Below, one piece after another: positions 1 to 8,835 of a DNA stretch of 64,000 nt. The stretch is from positions 124,001 through 188,000 of the IMG/VR virus record IMGVR_UViG_3300025141_000016; one strand, written 5' to 3'. The first letter of the stretch is position 1, and each line of letters starts with the position of its first letter. The translations under genes and the position numbers were made by a program. A model generated the notes under the pieces. That model was not told the origin of the DNA. It ran no database searches and worked only from the letters and a program-made list of their open reading frames with translations.

Positions 1-474
1 AAGCCCCTGTTCGGGGGAGACATTCGCCACGGCGACGTGGCTCTGGTCCTCGATGCGGGTGGGATCAAAGGTCAACTGGTCAAGGTGGAGTACACCGAGC
101 GTTGGGCCGAAGCCAACCCCGAGCAGACTTCCTACATCGCAGGCGAGGGGTGGCGAGAGCAGTTCACTTACCCAGAGGACTGCGTTGACGAGGAAGGCTG
201 GGAAGACGACGAGTGCATGGAACGGGCGTACCACGAGGCCGAGGTTGACTCTTTCCTTTGGAAATCCGACGAAGCTGAATGGCTCACGAAGCGGGAGGGC
301 GCTCCTCTCTCTGTAGGCGGGGCAATCACGGGGCTTCTCGTCCCCGATGAGCGCAGCAAGGGACACGCGGAATCACTCATGGGGGGTCTTGGGCTGGACT
401 TGCCGGTATTCATAGGGAGAGGAGCGTCGGCTGTGCGTGTTGCAAAGCGGTTTCTTCTGGGAGATGCCGCATGA
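1..474 (+). CDS. 5'-truncated hypothetical protein ending in the basic RGASAVRVAKRF motif
   Basis: Frame 1 is open from base 1 (KPLFGGDIRHGDVALVLD...); acidic core; the C-terminal motif matches the linker motif of neighbouring proteins. Confidence 0.75.
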   Translation, partial: KPLFGGDIRHGDVALVLDAGGIKGQLVKVEYTERWAEANPEQTSYIAGEGWREQFTYPEDCVDEEGWEDDECMERAYHEAEVDSFLWKSDEAEWLTKREGAPLSVGGAITGLLVPDERSKGHAESLMGGLGLDLPVFIGRGASAVRVAKRFLLGDAA

Positions 475-767
475 CTGCTACTGAAATCCTGAACCAACTC
501 CAGCAACACAACCCCGAGGCGCTGCTCTTGGAGCCCCGCGAGGTCTACGACAAGGCTCTGGTTGGGGTCACGAACACCCCTGACGACCATTGGCCGCGCA
601 CTAACGGCATCTGGGTAGCGGTGTATGACGAGGAACTGTGCCTGGAAGCCATCATGGAATGGCATGAGTGTGGTTACAGCGATGCCGCTGACTGGTTCGG
701 CCACAACACTTCCGGGGCATGGGCTGGGGAGGGCACTCCGACGTTCCGCTCACACGGCGAGGAATGA
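471..767 (+). CDS. Conserved phage hypothetical protein
   Basis: ATGA overlap with upstream stop; pattern ALVGV..VAVYD..C..AI..DAADWF.HN..GAW.GE.TP.F resembles a common small phage protein family (recognised from memory). Confidence 0.8.
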   Translation: MTATEILNQLQQHNPEALLLEPREVYDKALVGVTNTPDDHWPRTNGIWVAVYDEELCLEAIMEWHECGYSDAADWFGHNTSGAWAGEGTPTFRSHGEE

Positions 768-789
768 CCCAGAGCGCCCCCCTCGGGGC

Positions 790-804
790 GGTACTTCCTT
801 TATG
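790..804 (+). promoter_or_regulatory. Putative late-promoter motif GGTA-N6-TTATG
   Basis: Same spacing as copies at 10083, 15682, 18893 and 49744(-); each lies 22-35 nt upstream of a start codon. Confidence 0.5.
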
Positions 805-829
805 GGAAGGTAGGGTGGCAGGAGTGTGA

Positions 830-3800
830 ATGGAATCCCTACCCAAAATGCAGGCCGTTGTAGATCGGCTTCATATAGACGGGGTGTTGTGGCCTCACAT
901 GGATGTGTATTTCGACTACCAGCGGGTTCCCGCAAAGTTGAAGGATCATGCCGCATGGTGGGTGTATAGAGGCTCGCACAAAGATATGCTGTTCAAGGCT
1001 TGGCGTGCGCTCCCCCCAGAACAGAAGGAAGCCCTCGACATCGCCAACGAAGCCGCCCATCAAGGATCTACGCTGACCCTCTACCGAACCCCCACCGGAA
1101 CAGAGCACACCGATCATGCAGGGGCCTCCTTCACGACGGACAAGAGCTTGTGGGGCGACGAAGGCTACGCGGTGCGTGTGCCCGTGGGTGATGTGTTGAT
1201 CTCCTACAAGACTCCGGGCTTCGAGGACATCTTCAACAACCAACGATACGGGCACGAGAAGGAGGTCATCCTCAAACCGACCGCATCAGCCGCTCGGGTC
1301 GCTTCCCGGTACATTCGGGCAGGTGGGTCGTTTCCTGCTATGCAATCCGCTGTGGACCGGCTCTACAATGAGGGTGTCATCGACTACCCCATCGAGGTCC
1401 GGTACTTCGGCCCCAGTGGTAGTGGGAACGTCGAGATTCAACTCCTCAAAGACGGTCGCCCCGGTGACTACGCTGGTCACTTCTTCACGTCCAAGCACGC
1501 GGATGGGTGGGAATCTCCGAGCACCTTGCGGGGGATCTCCGATCCATGCTTGAAGGCATACCGTAAGGTGCGGCGCAAGAACAAAGGCGCAGGTCTATGG
1601 TCAGTCCAATGGGCTTTCCTGAAGGACAAGGCCCTGTGGGGTCACGGGCTTGGCAAGATGGCCTACGAACAGATCCTCAAAGACGCGGGCAAGTTTGGGG
1701 CTGTCGTGTTCCCTGCATGGTGCGCCACAGGAGGGTCCACTACTCCGATGGCACAGCGAGTGTGGGACTCCGTAGGGAAACGCCATAGCACCGAAGGGGT
1801 GGTTGTCATCCCCAAGAACCTCCGGGTCGCTTCGACGGTAGGCGTTGCGACTCGGTACGCGAACCGCACACTCACCCAACAGACCCAACGGCTGGAGAGT
1901 GCCGTCACAGCCTTCATGGACGCTCTGCGGGAAACGGGGCGAGCCATCGGAGGGTGGAGGCGCAAGCCAATGCCCCCAGGCACCCCGGCTGCTATGCGGG
2001 CTGCTGCATCCACCCTCTATGACCTGCTCGACATTCAGTTTGAGCGCGAGTACGACGCTGCCCGGTTGAAGAAGTACCTCCGCAGGGCCAAGAACCTGCG
2101 GAAACTGGTGGGGCAGTACCGTCAGGTGGCCGACGCAGAGGAGTTGGAGGAGGTCTACCGAGCACAGTCATCCAAGACCAAGGATGCCTGGGAGAAGATC
2201 AGGGACTACACCAGCGAGGTCATTTCTCTCCTCACCACTTTCGACTCGGAGCCAGCCGGAGGATTCCGCGTCGGGGGGATGAGGGTCGCCTTGATCCAGC
2301 AAGGGGGTGCGTCATGGAACGACGAGATGATCGAGAAGTTGAAGGCGGTCCTCGCAAAGACCGATGCTTTCCTCAAAGGACGAGGGCTCGGAGTGCTGAC
2401 CAAGGGTCTTCTCGTCTTTGCGTACCCCACCTCTGGGATCCCTGGCATCGGTTCGGCAAACGCCTTCTACAACCGGGCAAAAGATATTGCTGCCATCGCC
2501 GCAGGGTCCAACTGGTTCCGCAAATCTTCCGTGAACCGGATGGTTCAAACCATGGTTCACGAGTTGGGTCATCGAGCCTACTACCAGATCATCGGGAACA
2601 CAGGTCGCGGGGCCTGGGAAGGGTTCTTTGAAGCCATGCAGAGCCCTCCCGATGTGGATGGGATGATCCGACGGTGGAAGGCATGGGTGCAGCAAGCCAA
2701 TGACCCCAAGGAACAGCGCCGACGCAGCCATTTCGGCATGTGGTTCCCCGAGTTGTCAGGCCAGGACGCGGAAGCGGCTCAATGGTTGCTCATGGCAGTC
2801 CGATCACTGGGGATCCAGAAAGGGGAGAAGTTCGACTCGTACCGTGGGAACCCTACCCCCACCTCGGTAGCCGCTTTGGACGTGCTGGAAGACCGGAAGG
2901 ATGAGGTCAAGGTTTTCGCGGAGCCCGTTACCGCCTACTCCGCGACCAACCCATCGGAGTTGTTCGCGGAAGTGTTCGCCCACTACATCGCCCACGGTCC
3001 TCGCACCCTTTCACCACGAGTACGGGCCGAGTTCAAGCGGAGCATCCCCCAGATGAAGGTGGGCCGAGCCTCCATGACTCACCGCTTCGCCTATCAAGGG
3101 GGACACACGCCCCCCGACGACGGCGCACAGGCACACGATCTTGGTGCGGGCACCCATTTCCCAGCGGACATTCTGACCCACCCCGAGTGGTACACCGGAT
3201 TTCGGGGTCATTTACGGTCGTTCTGGGACTCCATTCTCAAAGCGCAAGGCAAGCCGGGGTCACGCATCTCGGTTTACCGAGCACTTCCCGGTCAGCACAC
3301 CACGTTTTCTTCGGGAGATTGGGTCACCCCCTCCCTCCGCTACGCACAGGATCACGCTGCGGGTGAGGAGGGATGGCACATCATCAAGGCCACTGTTCCA
3401 GCCCGAACCCTTCGATTTGCTGGAGATGACCTCGTGGAGTGGGGCTACTGGGGTCCGACCGTCGAAGGGAAGGTCGTTGGTCACGCACGAGCAGCGAACA
3501 GGAGTATCCCAATGAAGGTAGCCCTCACACGACGTATGGCAGCACGAGTCGTAGCCCGACACGTCCGAGACAAGATTGACTGGCACGGTCAGGTGGCAGA
3601 CCTGCGGTCACAGGTCGAGAACCTGCGGGTGCTCCGACAGGGCTACCGCAAGCAGATCGGAGACATTCGACGGGCGGTTGGTGCTCTGGATAAGTCACTG
3701 GCGGGTTCCTCGATGCACCGGGACATTCGGCAGGGGTTGTCCAGAGCGGTTCAGTCGCTCGATGGCCATGATCCCCGCACCACGTCGTTCCTGGGTCAAC

Positions 3801-3847
3801 TTGACTACCTCACAAGTCAGTACGACCAGATCGGGATGGGGCTGTGA
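830..3847 (+). CDS. Polyvalent multidomain protein (ART-like / GNAT / zincin metallopeptidase / ART-like / coiled coil), putative virion-packaged effector
   Basis: TLYR..SFTT..HEKEV (R-S-E ART pattern); LWGHGLGKMAYE (GNAT motif A); MVHELGHRAY plus ELFAEVFAHY (HExxH zincin); VYRALP..GDWVT..YAQDH (ART-like); domains separated by RVAxR[YF]-type linkers; RBS GCAGGAG. Confidence 0.8.
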   Translation: MESLPKMQAVVDRLHIDGVLWPHMDVYFDYQRVPAKLKDHAAWWVYRGSHKDMLFKAWRALPPEQKEALDIANEAAHQGSTLTLYRTPTGTEHTDHAGASFTTDKSLWGDEGYAVRVPVGDVLISYKTPGFEDIFNNQRYGHEKEVILKPTASAARVASRYIRAGGSFPAMQSAVDRLYNEGVIDYPIEVRYFGPSGSGNVEIQLLKDGRPGDYAGHFFTSKHADGWESPSTLRGISDPCLKAYRKVRRKNKGAGLWSVQWAFLKDKALWGHGLGKMAYEQILKDAGKFGAVVFPAWCATGGSTTPMAQRVWDSVGKRHSTEGVVVIPKNLRVASTVGVATRYANRTLTQQTQRLESAVTAFMDALRETGRAIGGWRRKPMPPGTPAAMRAAASTLYDLLDIQFEREYDAARLKKYLRRAKNLRKLVGQYRQVADAEELEEVYRAQSSKTKDAWEKIRDYTSEVISLLTTFDSEPAGGFRVGGMRVALIQQGGASWNDEMIEKLKAVLAKTDAFLKGRGLGVLTKGLLVFAYPTSGIPGIGSANAFYNRAKDIAAIAAGSNWFRKSSVNRMVQTMVHELGHRAYYQIIGNTGRGAWEGFFEAMQSPPDVDGMIRRWKAWVQQANDPKEQRRRSHFGMWFPELSGQDAEAAQWLLMAVRSLGIQKGEKFDSYRGNPTPTSVAALDVLEDRKDEVKVFAEPVTAYSATNPSELFAEVFAHYIAHGPRTLSPRVRAEFKRSIPQMKVGRASMTHRFAYQGGHTPPDDGAQAHDLGAGTHFPADILTHPEWYTGFRGHLRSFWDSILKAQGKPGSRISVYRALPGQHTTFSSGDWVTPSLRYAQDHAAGEEGWHIIKATVPARTLRFAGDDLVEWGYWGPTVEGKVVGHARAANRSIPMKVALTRRMAARVVARHVRDKIDWHGQVADLRSQVENLRVLRQGYRKQIGDIRRAVGALDKSLAGSSMHRDIRQGLSRAVQSLDGHDPRTTSFLGQLDYLTSQYDQIGMGL

Positions 3848-4326
3848 TGAGCGGAGCCTCTGCCCGTCGAGTCGCGTCCCGCGCTGTCGGGAAACGTCTC
3901 CAGCAGTTTTTCCACTCCCCCGAGATTCGTGCTCTTGCACCACCCGCAACCCGGAGTGGAGGTTCCCCCTGGATGCTGGGTGGGTGTCTGATCGCCGCAG
4001 AGGCCATCCAGAACATCTATGGGGGGAAACTCATTGGCTTGGATGCAGATGGTGGGGAGAAGCCGGGTGATGATGTAGTCCATGTCGTTGTCACTCACGG
4101 GGGCGGCTACCTTGATGCCCTCGGCTTCCATCGGAGCCTTGACGACATTCAAACCATCTTGGATAACAAATACCATTTGGATCAGCCGGTCTACCCGGTG
4201 CCCGGACGCTACGCGCTGAAAAGTGGAATCAAGCAAGACAGAGGGCTCTCTGACACCCTCGCGGACCTTTTCACCACGCCCAAGACAGCCCGAATGACGA
4301 AACAGATCGGGAAGGTGTTGCGGTGA
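3847..4326 (+). CDS. Putative papain-like (Cys-His-Asp) fold protein with N-terminal RRVASR motif
   Basis: GGCLIAAEA, HVVVTHGG and YLDALG give a C/H/D triad in order; TGATG overlap (alternative GTG start at 3844). Confidence 0.6.
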   Translation: MSGASARRVASRAVGKRLQQFFHSPEIRALAPPATRSGGSPWMLGGCLIAAEAIQNIYGGKLIGLDADGGEKPGDDVVHVVVTHGGGYLDALGFHRSLDDIQTILDNKYHLDQPVYPVPGRYALKSGIKQDRGLSDTLADLFTTPKTARMTKQIGKVLR

Positions 4327-6137
4327 TCCTCTACAGGGCCACGACCGACTCTATTGCCCGCCAAGGTGCTCATTTCACCGAGCACCTTGAGGATGCCGTC
4401 GCGTACACGGACAACCCCGGATTCGGGGGTTCCACCGTGTATTCGTATCGGGTGAGCCCCCGGAACGCTCTGGAAGTTGGCGATCGGGAAGACCTCGCAG
4501 AAGCCTACCTCGACCTGCTCGATGACGACCAGAAGTGGGAGTGGGACTACAAACTGGGTGAACCCCCGACCGCCCACCTTCTCGCACGCTTCTGGCAGGG
4601 TAGCGGCCTCATCTTTGTGTTCCATGTCCTTGAACACTTGGAGCGGGGTGTTCCAGATGTGGAGGAAGTCTTGGCAGACAAGTACGATTGGATCTCGTAC
4701 CCCGATGACTTCCCTGCGGGGTCTACGACATGGAAGTACCTTGGCACGGGGTCGTTGAAGCCGGACAGTAAAGACCCTCTCCACCGCAGAGCCTCTGCCT
4801 CCCGTGTTGCTCTCCGGTTCGCCACGGCCCGTGGCAAGACCTTGTGGCACATCACAAAGGATCGGAACTTCCGGCCTGACCCCGACTTCCGACCTGTCTC
4901 GGGAGGGGGTTGGGACACAGCCCGAAAGCCCATGATCTACGCGACGACCAGCCCACTCTACTGGCACAGAGTGAGTGGTGGGGGTGAGGGTCCGTGGACG
5001 AAGGGTCGTGCATGGGCAGCGGAACTGGAACTGTTGCCCGGTCACCCTCCGGTCAAGCGGGAAAACCCCTTGCGTCCACAGACGATCCTCGACCCGGAGT
5101 TCGTTCGGGTCAAGCGCGTGATCCCGGTGGAGCACGCCATCGCAGAGGAGACGGGGTATCTGGGCAACGAGTACGTCGGTGGCGATTACATCTACGGAAA
5201 GACCGCTGCCCCCTTCGTGGACGAAGGCATGGTCGGAGAGGATTGGGGGTCGTCCGCCTCCGGTCTGCTCGTCACGGACGGCGACCGGGTGCTCCTGCTC
5301 AAACGGTCGCCCTACGTTCAAGACCCCGGCTTGTGGGGAATCCCCGGTGGAGCCGTCCCGGTGGACTACGACACCGGGAAGCGGAAGGACGCCAAGAAGT
5401 CTGCACTGGACGAGGCCCGTGAGGAGATGCGGGGCATCCCGTCTGGCTCTGTGGTCGGCAAGCATGTGTTCCGCAAGCCTTCTGGTTTCTCCTTCACGAC
5501 CTTCGTGTGGGAGACGGACCCGGACTCTCTGGACCAGTTCACGCCCCGGCTCAACTGGGAGCACACCGACTGGAAGGTCGAGGACATTGGAGACGTGGGG
5601 TCAGGGACTCACCCAGGAGTGGTGTGGGTGTTGAAGAAGATGGGTCCGGGCCGAGTGGCGAGACGTGCCGGTCGCGAGCATTACCCCGGTCAGGTGGACA
5701 AGGGGAAACTCAACGCCTTCATGTCAGACTACAAGGGCATGACCTACCCGCCATTCATGCAGGACATGAGGATCTGGACAGACGACCCAAAAGACCCAGA
5801 CGCTCCTTTCGTGATGACAGAACTCAAACCCTTCGATGGCTACATCTCATTCCATGCCATCTACTCCCCGGACAAGCAGGGAGCGGGGCTCGCGAGCGGC
5901 GTTATCAAGAAACTGACGGCGATAGCAGACAAGCATGGTGTGTCCATGACGCTCGATGCCAAGCCCTTCAGCACCATCGACAACCAACTGAAAAAGTCTG
6001 ACCTCATTGGTTGGTACAAGAGGCACGGCTGGATTCGGCGGCCTGACTACGGCGACTCGTCGTCTATGATTCGCTACCCTGGCGGAAGTCGAACGCCACC
6101 CGCTCGTACAGCTTCCTTCACCCATGGGAGGGCGTAA
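4323..6137 (+). CDS. Polyvalent protein: two ART-like domains, NUDIX hydrolase, GNAT
   Basis: ILYRA..HFT..AVAY; LWHIT..IYATT; LLLKRS..LWGIPGG..SALDEAREEMRG (NUDIX box variant); QGAGLASGVIKKL..LIGWYKRHGW (GNAT); GTGA overlap. Confidence 0.8.
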   Translation: MILYRATTDSIARQGAHFTEHLEDAVAYTDNPGFGGSTVYSYRVSPRNALEVGDREDLAEAYLDLLDDDQKWEWDYKLGEPPTAHLLARFWQGSGLIFVFHVLEHLERGVPDVEEVLADKYDWISYPDDFPAGSTTWKYLGTGSLKPDSKDPLHRRASASRVALRFATARGKTLWHITKDRNFRPDPDFRPVSGGGWDTARKPMIYATTSPLYWHRVSGGGEGPWTKGRAWAAELELLPGHPPVKRENPLRPQTILDPEFVRVKRVIPVEHAIAEETGYLGNEYVGGDYIYGKTAAPFVDEGMVGEDWGSSASGLLVTDGDRVLLLKRSPYVQDPGLWGIPGGAVPVDYDTGKRKDAKKSALDEAREEMRGIPSGSVVGKHVFRKPSGFSFTTFVWETDPDSLDQFTPRLNWEHTDWKVEDIGDVGSGTHPGVVWVLKKMGPGRVARRAGREHYPGQVDKGKLNAFMSDYKGMTYPPFMQDMRIWTDDPKDPDAPFVMTELKPFDGYISFHAIYSPDKQGAGLASGVIKKLTAIADKHGVSMTLDAKPFSTIDNQLKKSDLIGWYKRHGWIRRPDYGDSSSMIRYPGGSRTPPARTASFTHGRA

Positions 6138-6139
6138 CC

Positions 6140-6448
6140 ATGGCACGATGCGGACGATGCGGGTTGTGGAACAAGTATCCAGACGACCACCACGAGCAGA
6201 AGCACGCGGGCGTGTGCATGTGGTATCAGATCCGACTCCAAGAGACGGACGTTTGGGAACCCCGTGAGTGCTCGGATTTCTTTGAACGCATCCCTGGCCT
6301 CCATGCGTTTGACCACTTCAAGTACAAGATTCAGCGGGACAACATCGGAGATGCCTACCGCACAGCGCGGTTCTCCAAACGTCTCGCCATCCTGGGGGCA
6401 ATCATCTCGGTGGTGAGCATCCTCCTTTCCTTGTGGGGTGCTTTATGA
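6140..6448 (+). CDS. Cys-rich small protein with C-terminal transmembrane helix
   Basis: CxxC at the N terminus plus further Cys; hydrophobic tail LAILGAIISVVSILLSLWGAL. Confidence 0.7.
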   Translation: MARCGRCGLWNKYPDDHHEQKHAGVCMWYQIRLQETDVWEPRECSDFFERIPGLHAFDHFKYKIQRDNIGDAYRTARFSKRLAILGAIISVVSILLSLWGAL

Positions 6449-7071
6449 CCAAGAAGATTAGCCGCCTCCGGGGCCTGTACGGAAAGCCCCTGTTAGCCCA
6501 AGGGACTACAGCCCAGGTCAGCCAAGACAATCTCAAAAAGGCTGCTGCCATCATCTTGAAGGCAATCAAGGCCGAGATTCGTCGTGACATAGCCAAATCC
6601 AGGGGGCTGCGCGGGGGCACCTATCCCCAACCCTACACGGATCGCGACCCTGTTCCTCTCCCCCAGACGGAACGCTTCGTCCGGTCTTTCTTCTGGAGGA
6701 TCAGCGGAGTCTCCACCGTCGAGTTCGCCTCGTCGTGGCCCACAGCCGTTGCTCATACGGAAAAGCCCACGACAACCGGCTTGGCAAAGCGAAACCCCCC
6801 AAGGACCACCCGCGCCCGTTTTGGCGCGGGCATCCCCATGAAGTGGCTCGTTCAACCCAAGGTCAAGATTGTCCCCATCATCACCCGTGATGGACAGGTC
6901 ATCTTTCGGACAGCCCCGCTTTCCTTGGACAAGGCTTGGATTCATCCGGGGTTTATGCGCTACACCTTCATCGAACGGGGCATCCGTAAGGGCAAGATCA
7001 AAGCCGTCCATGAACTCAAAGACGATCTTGTGCAGACGTTCCTCAACCAAGGAGCTTTGTTCCCACCATGA
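6445..7071 (+). CDS. Basic protein, possibly HK97-gp10-like neck/tail-completion protein
   Basis: ATGA overlap; C-terminal WIHPGF..FIERGIRKG resembles the HPG..PF pattern of gp10-like proteins; function tentative. Confidence 0.45.
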   Translation: MTKKISRLRGLYGKPLLAQGTTAQVSQDNLKKAAAIILKAIKAEIRRDIAKSRGLRGGTYPQPYTDRDPVPLPQTERFVRSFFWRISGVSTVEFASSWPTAVAHTEKPTTTGLAKRNPPRTTRARFGAGIPMKWLVQPKVKIVPIITRDGQVIFRTAPLSLDKAWIHPGFMRYTFIERGIRKGKIKAVHELKDDLVQTFLNQGALFPP

Positions 7072-7811
7072 CCCAAGGATACCGATTGGATGCGCCAGAG
7101 CCCGTGCTGGTGAAGGATCTCAACCTTATGGTTGGGAAGGAACCTGTGTGGGTGAGCCGGGAAGACATGCAGGGTTCCGACTGCCTCCAGGCTCTCCTAC
7201 GCATGGGAAAAGTGAGGGTATGGTCAGGACAGAGGTGTAGAGTGGCCAAAGAACCGAAAAGACCAGTTGCTCGGGCCGTTCTCATGTCACGCCCCTCGCG
7301 GGTAGCGCGAACCACCCCCACAACATCCACCTCAATCCCCGCAGCAGCCGCGACCCCTCCCGCGACCCCTCCCGCGACCCCAGCCGCATCGCCCACAACA
7401 ACCATTGTCCACACTGGGATCACGCCAGAAGAAGCAGCCAAAATGGCGCAAACCGCAGCCGAGGAGGCCGCCAAACAAGCGATTGCTTCGATGACCCCGC
7501 TCATGCAGTCCATGTTGGACACGATGCAGAAGTCGCAGACTCCCTCTGCAACCCCCGAGGATTTTGAAGCCCGCATCGAGCAAGCCATGGCCCGAGCCTT
7601 GGGGTCAGTTCAGATCGGCCACATCGCGGGCACGGATGGAAAGGCAGCCCCAACGGACGGCCCTGACGAGCCCGTGTTCATCCCGACGGGTATCGTGAAA
7701 GCTGACGCGGAGAGTCTGGATGTGCAGTCCAAGTCATCGGAAGATGATGGGGGACTGGACGACGCGGCCTCGGCCCTGAAGGCCCTTCGCAATCGAAAAC
7801 GGAAGAAGTAG
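7068..7811 (+). CDS. Hypothetical protein with Pro/Ala/Thr-rich linker and basic C-terminal helix
   Basis: ATGA overlap; ATPP repeats from a 12-bp tandem (GCGACCCCTCCC x~3 at 7350-7381); ends ALKALRNRKRKK. Confidence 0.75.
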   Translation: MTQGYRLDAPEPVLVKDLNLMVGKEPVWVSREDMQGSDCLQALLRMGKVRVWSGQRCRVAKEPKRPVARAVLMSRPSRVARTTPTTSTSIPAAAATPPATPPATPAASPTTTIVHTGITPEEAAKMAQTAAEEAAKQAIASMTPLMQSMLDTMQKSQTPSATPEDFEARIEQAMARALGSVQIGHIAGTDGKAAPTDGPDEPVFIPTGIVKADAESLDVQSKSSEDDGGLDDAASALKALRNRKRKK

Positions 7812-7821
7812 GAGATTTCCC

Positions 7822-8835
7822 ATGGCATCAAAGAAAGCAGCCCCATTGGGTGTCGGTTTAGACATCGGCACCATGAATCTTGTCTCGGCTCGTCGCACAG
7901 CGGACGGCTCGGTGGAGACGACCCGGATGCGGGATGCGTTCCTCGATCTGGATGCCAGCGCCAAGAAGATGTTGAAGCTCTCTGGGGTCAACTTCATCGA
8001 CCATGGGGAGGACGGGATCATCGTCGTTGGAGATGCAGCCATGGAGATGGCCAACGTGTTCGGACGCGAGGCCCGACGACCTTTGTCGCAGGGTTTGATC
8101 TCGGCAGGGGAGATGGATGCCCTTGATGTGTTGGGCGTTCTGGTCAAGAACGTCATCGGTGAGCCCGCCAAGGCAGATGAAGTCTGCTACTTCTCTGTCC
8201 CCGCAGCCCCCGTGGATGAGAGCCGTGATGTGGTGTACCACCGAGGCGTGTTTGAACGCATCGTGACCGAGTGCGGATACGAGCCCTACGCCTCCAACGA
8301 AGCGATGGCGATCATCTACGCCGAAACAGCCGCCGACGGGTTCTCGGGCCTTGGCATCTCTTTCGGGTCAGGGATGTGCAACCTCGCCCTCGCTGTATCT
8401 GGGGTCGAGGGGATGGTGTTCAGCGTGGCTCGGGGTGGTGACTGGATTGATGCTGGAGCCGCGAAGGCCACTGGGTCAACCCAAAGCCGGATGTGCGCCA
8501 TCAAAGAACGGGGGGTGGACCTCATGGACCCGAAGTCTCGGGAAGAGGAAGCCCTCATTCTCTACTACAAGAGTCTCATCGAGTACGCCCTGGACCAGAC
8601 GACCCGTGAGTTCATCAAGATCAAGGACCGCTTCTCTCTCCCCCGACCAATCCCCATCGTGGTGTCGGGTGGAACAAGCCTCGCAGGCAACTTCCTGCCG
8701 TTCTTTGAGCAGGTCTTTGAGAAGAAGCGTCGGAAGTTCCCCATCGAGATCAGCGAGATTCGGCACGCGAGCGATCCCATGAACGCCGTCGCCCGAGGTC
8801 TGCTCATCCAGGCTATGCAAGAGTATGAGGACTGA
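7822..8835 (+). CDS. Actin-like ATPase (MreB/MamK/FtsA-fold, ASKHA superfamily)
   Basis: Phosphate-1 GLDIGTMNL, connect NEAMAI, phosphate-2-like ISFGSGMCN, adenosine VSGGTS; RBS AGGAG. Confidence 0.85.
   Translation: MASKKAAPLGVGLDIGTMNLVSARRTADGSVETTRMRDAFLDLDASAKKMLKLSGVNFIDHGEDGIIVVGDAAMEMANVFGREARRPLSQGLISAGEMDALDVLGVLVKNVIGEPAKADEVCYFSVPAAPVDESRDVVYHRGVFERIVTECGYEPYASNEAMAIIYAETAADGFSGLGISFGSGMCNLALAVSGVEGMVFSVARGGDWIDAGAAKATGSTQSRMCAIKERGVDLMDPKSREEEALILYYKSLIEYALDQTTREFIKIKDRFSLPRPIPIVVSGGTSLAGNFLPFFEQVFEKKRRKFPIEISEIRHASDPMNAVARGLLIQAMQEYED

Noticed and set aside
4209-5564. Long antisense ORFs (also 13643-14692, 24055-25062, 36353-37396, 42532-43569, 56852-58165 and many shorter ones)
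   Set aside because: Shadow frames of high-GC genes that carry clear motifs on the opposite strand; no RBS or recognisable domains
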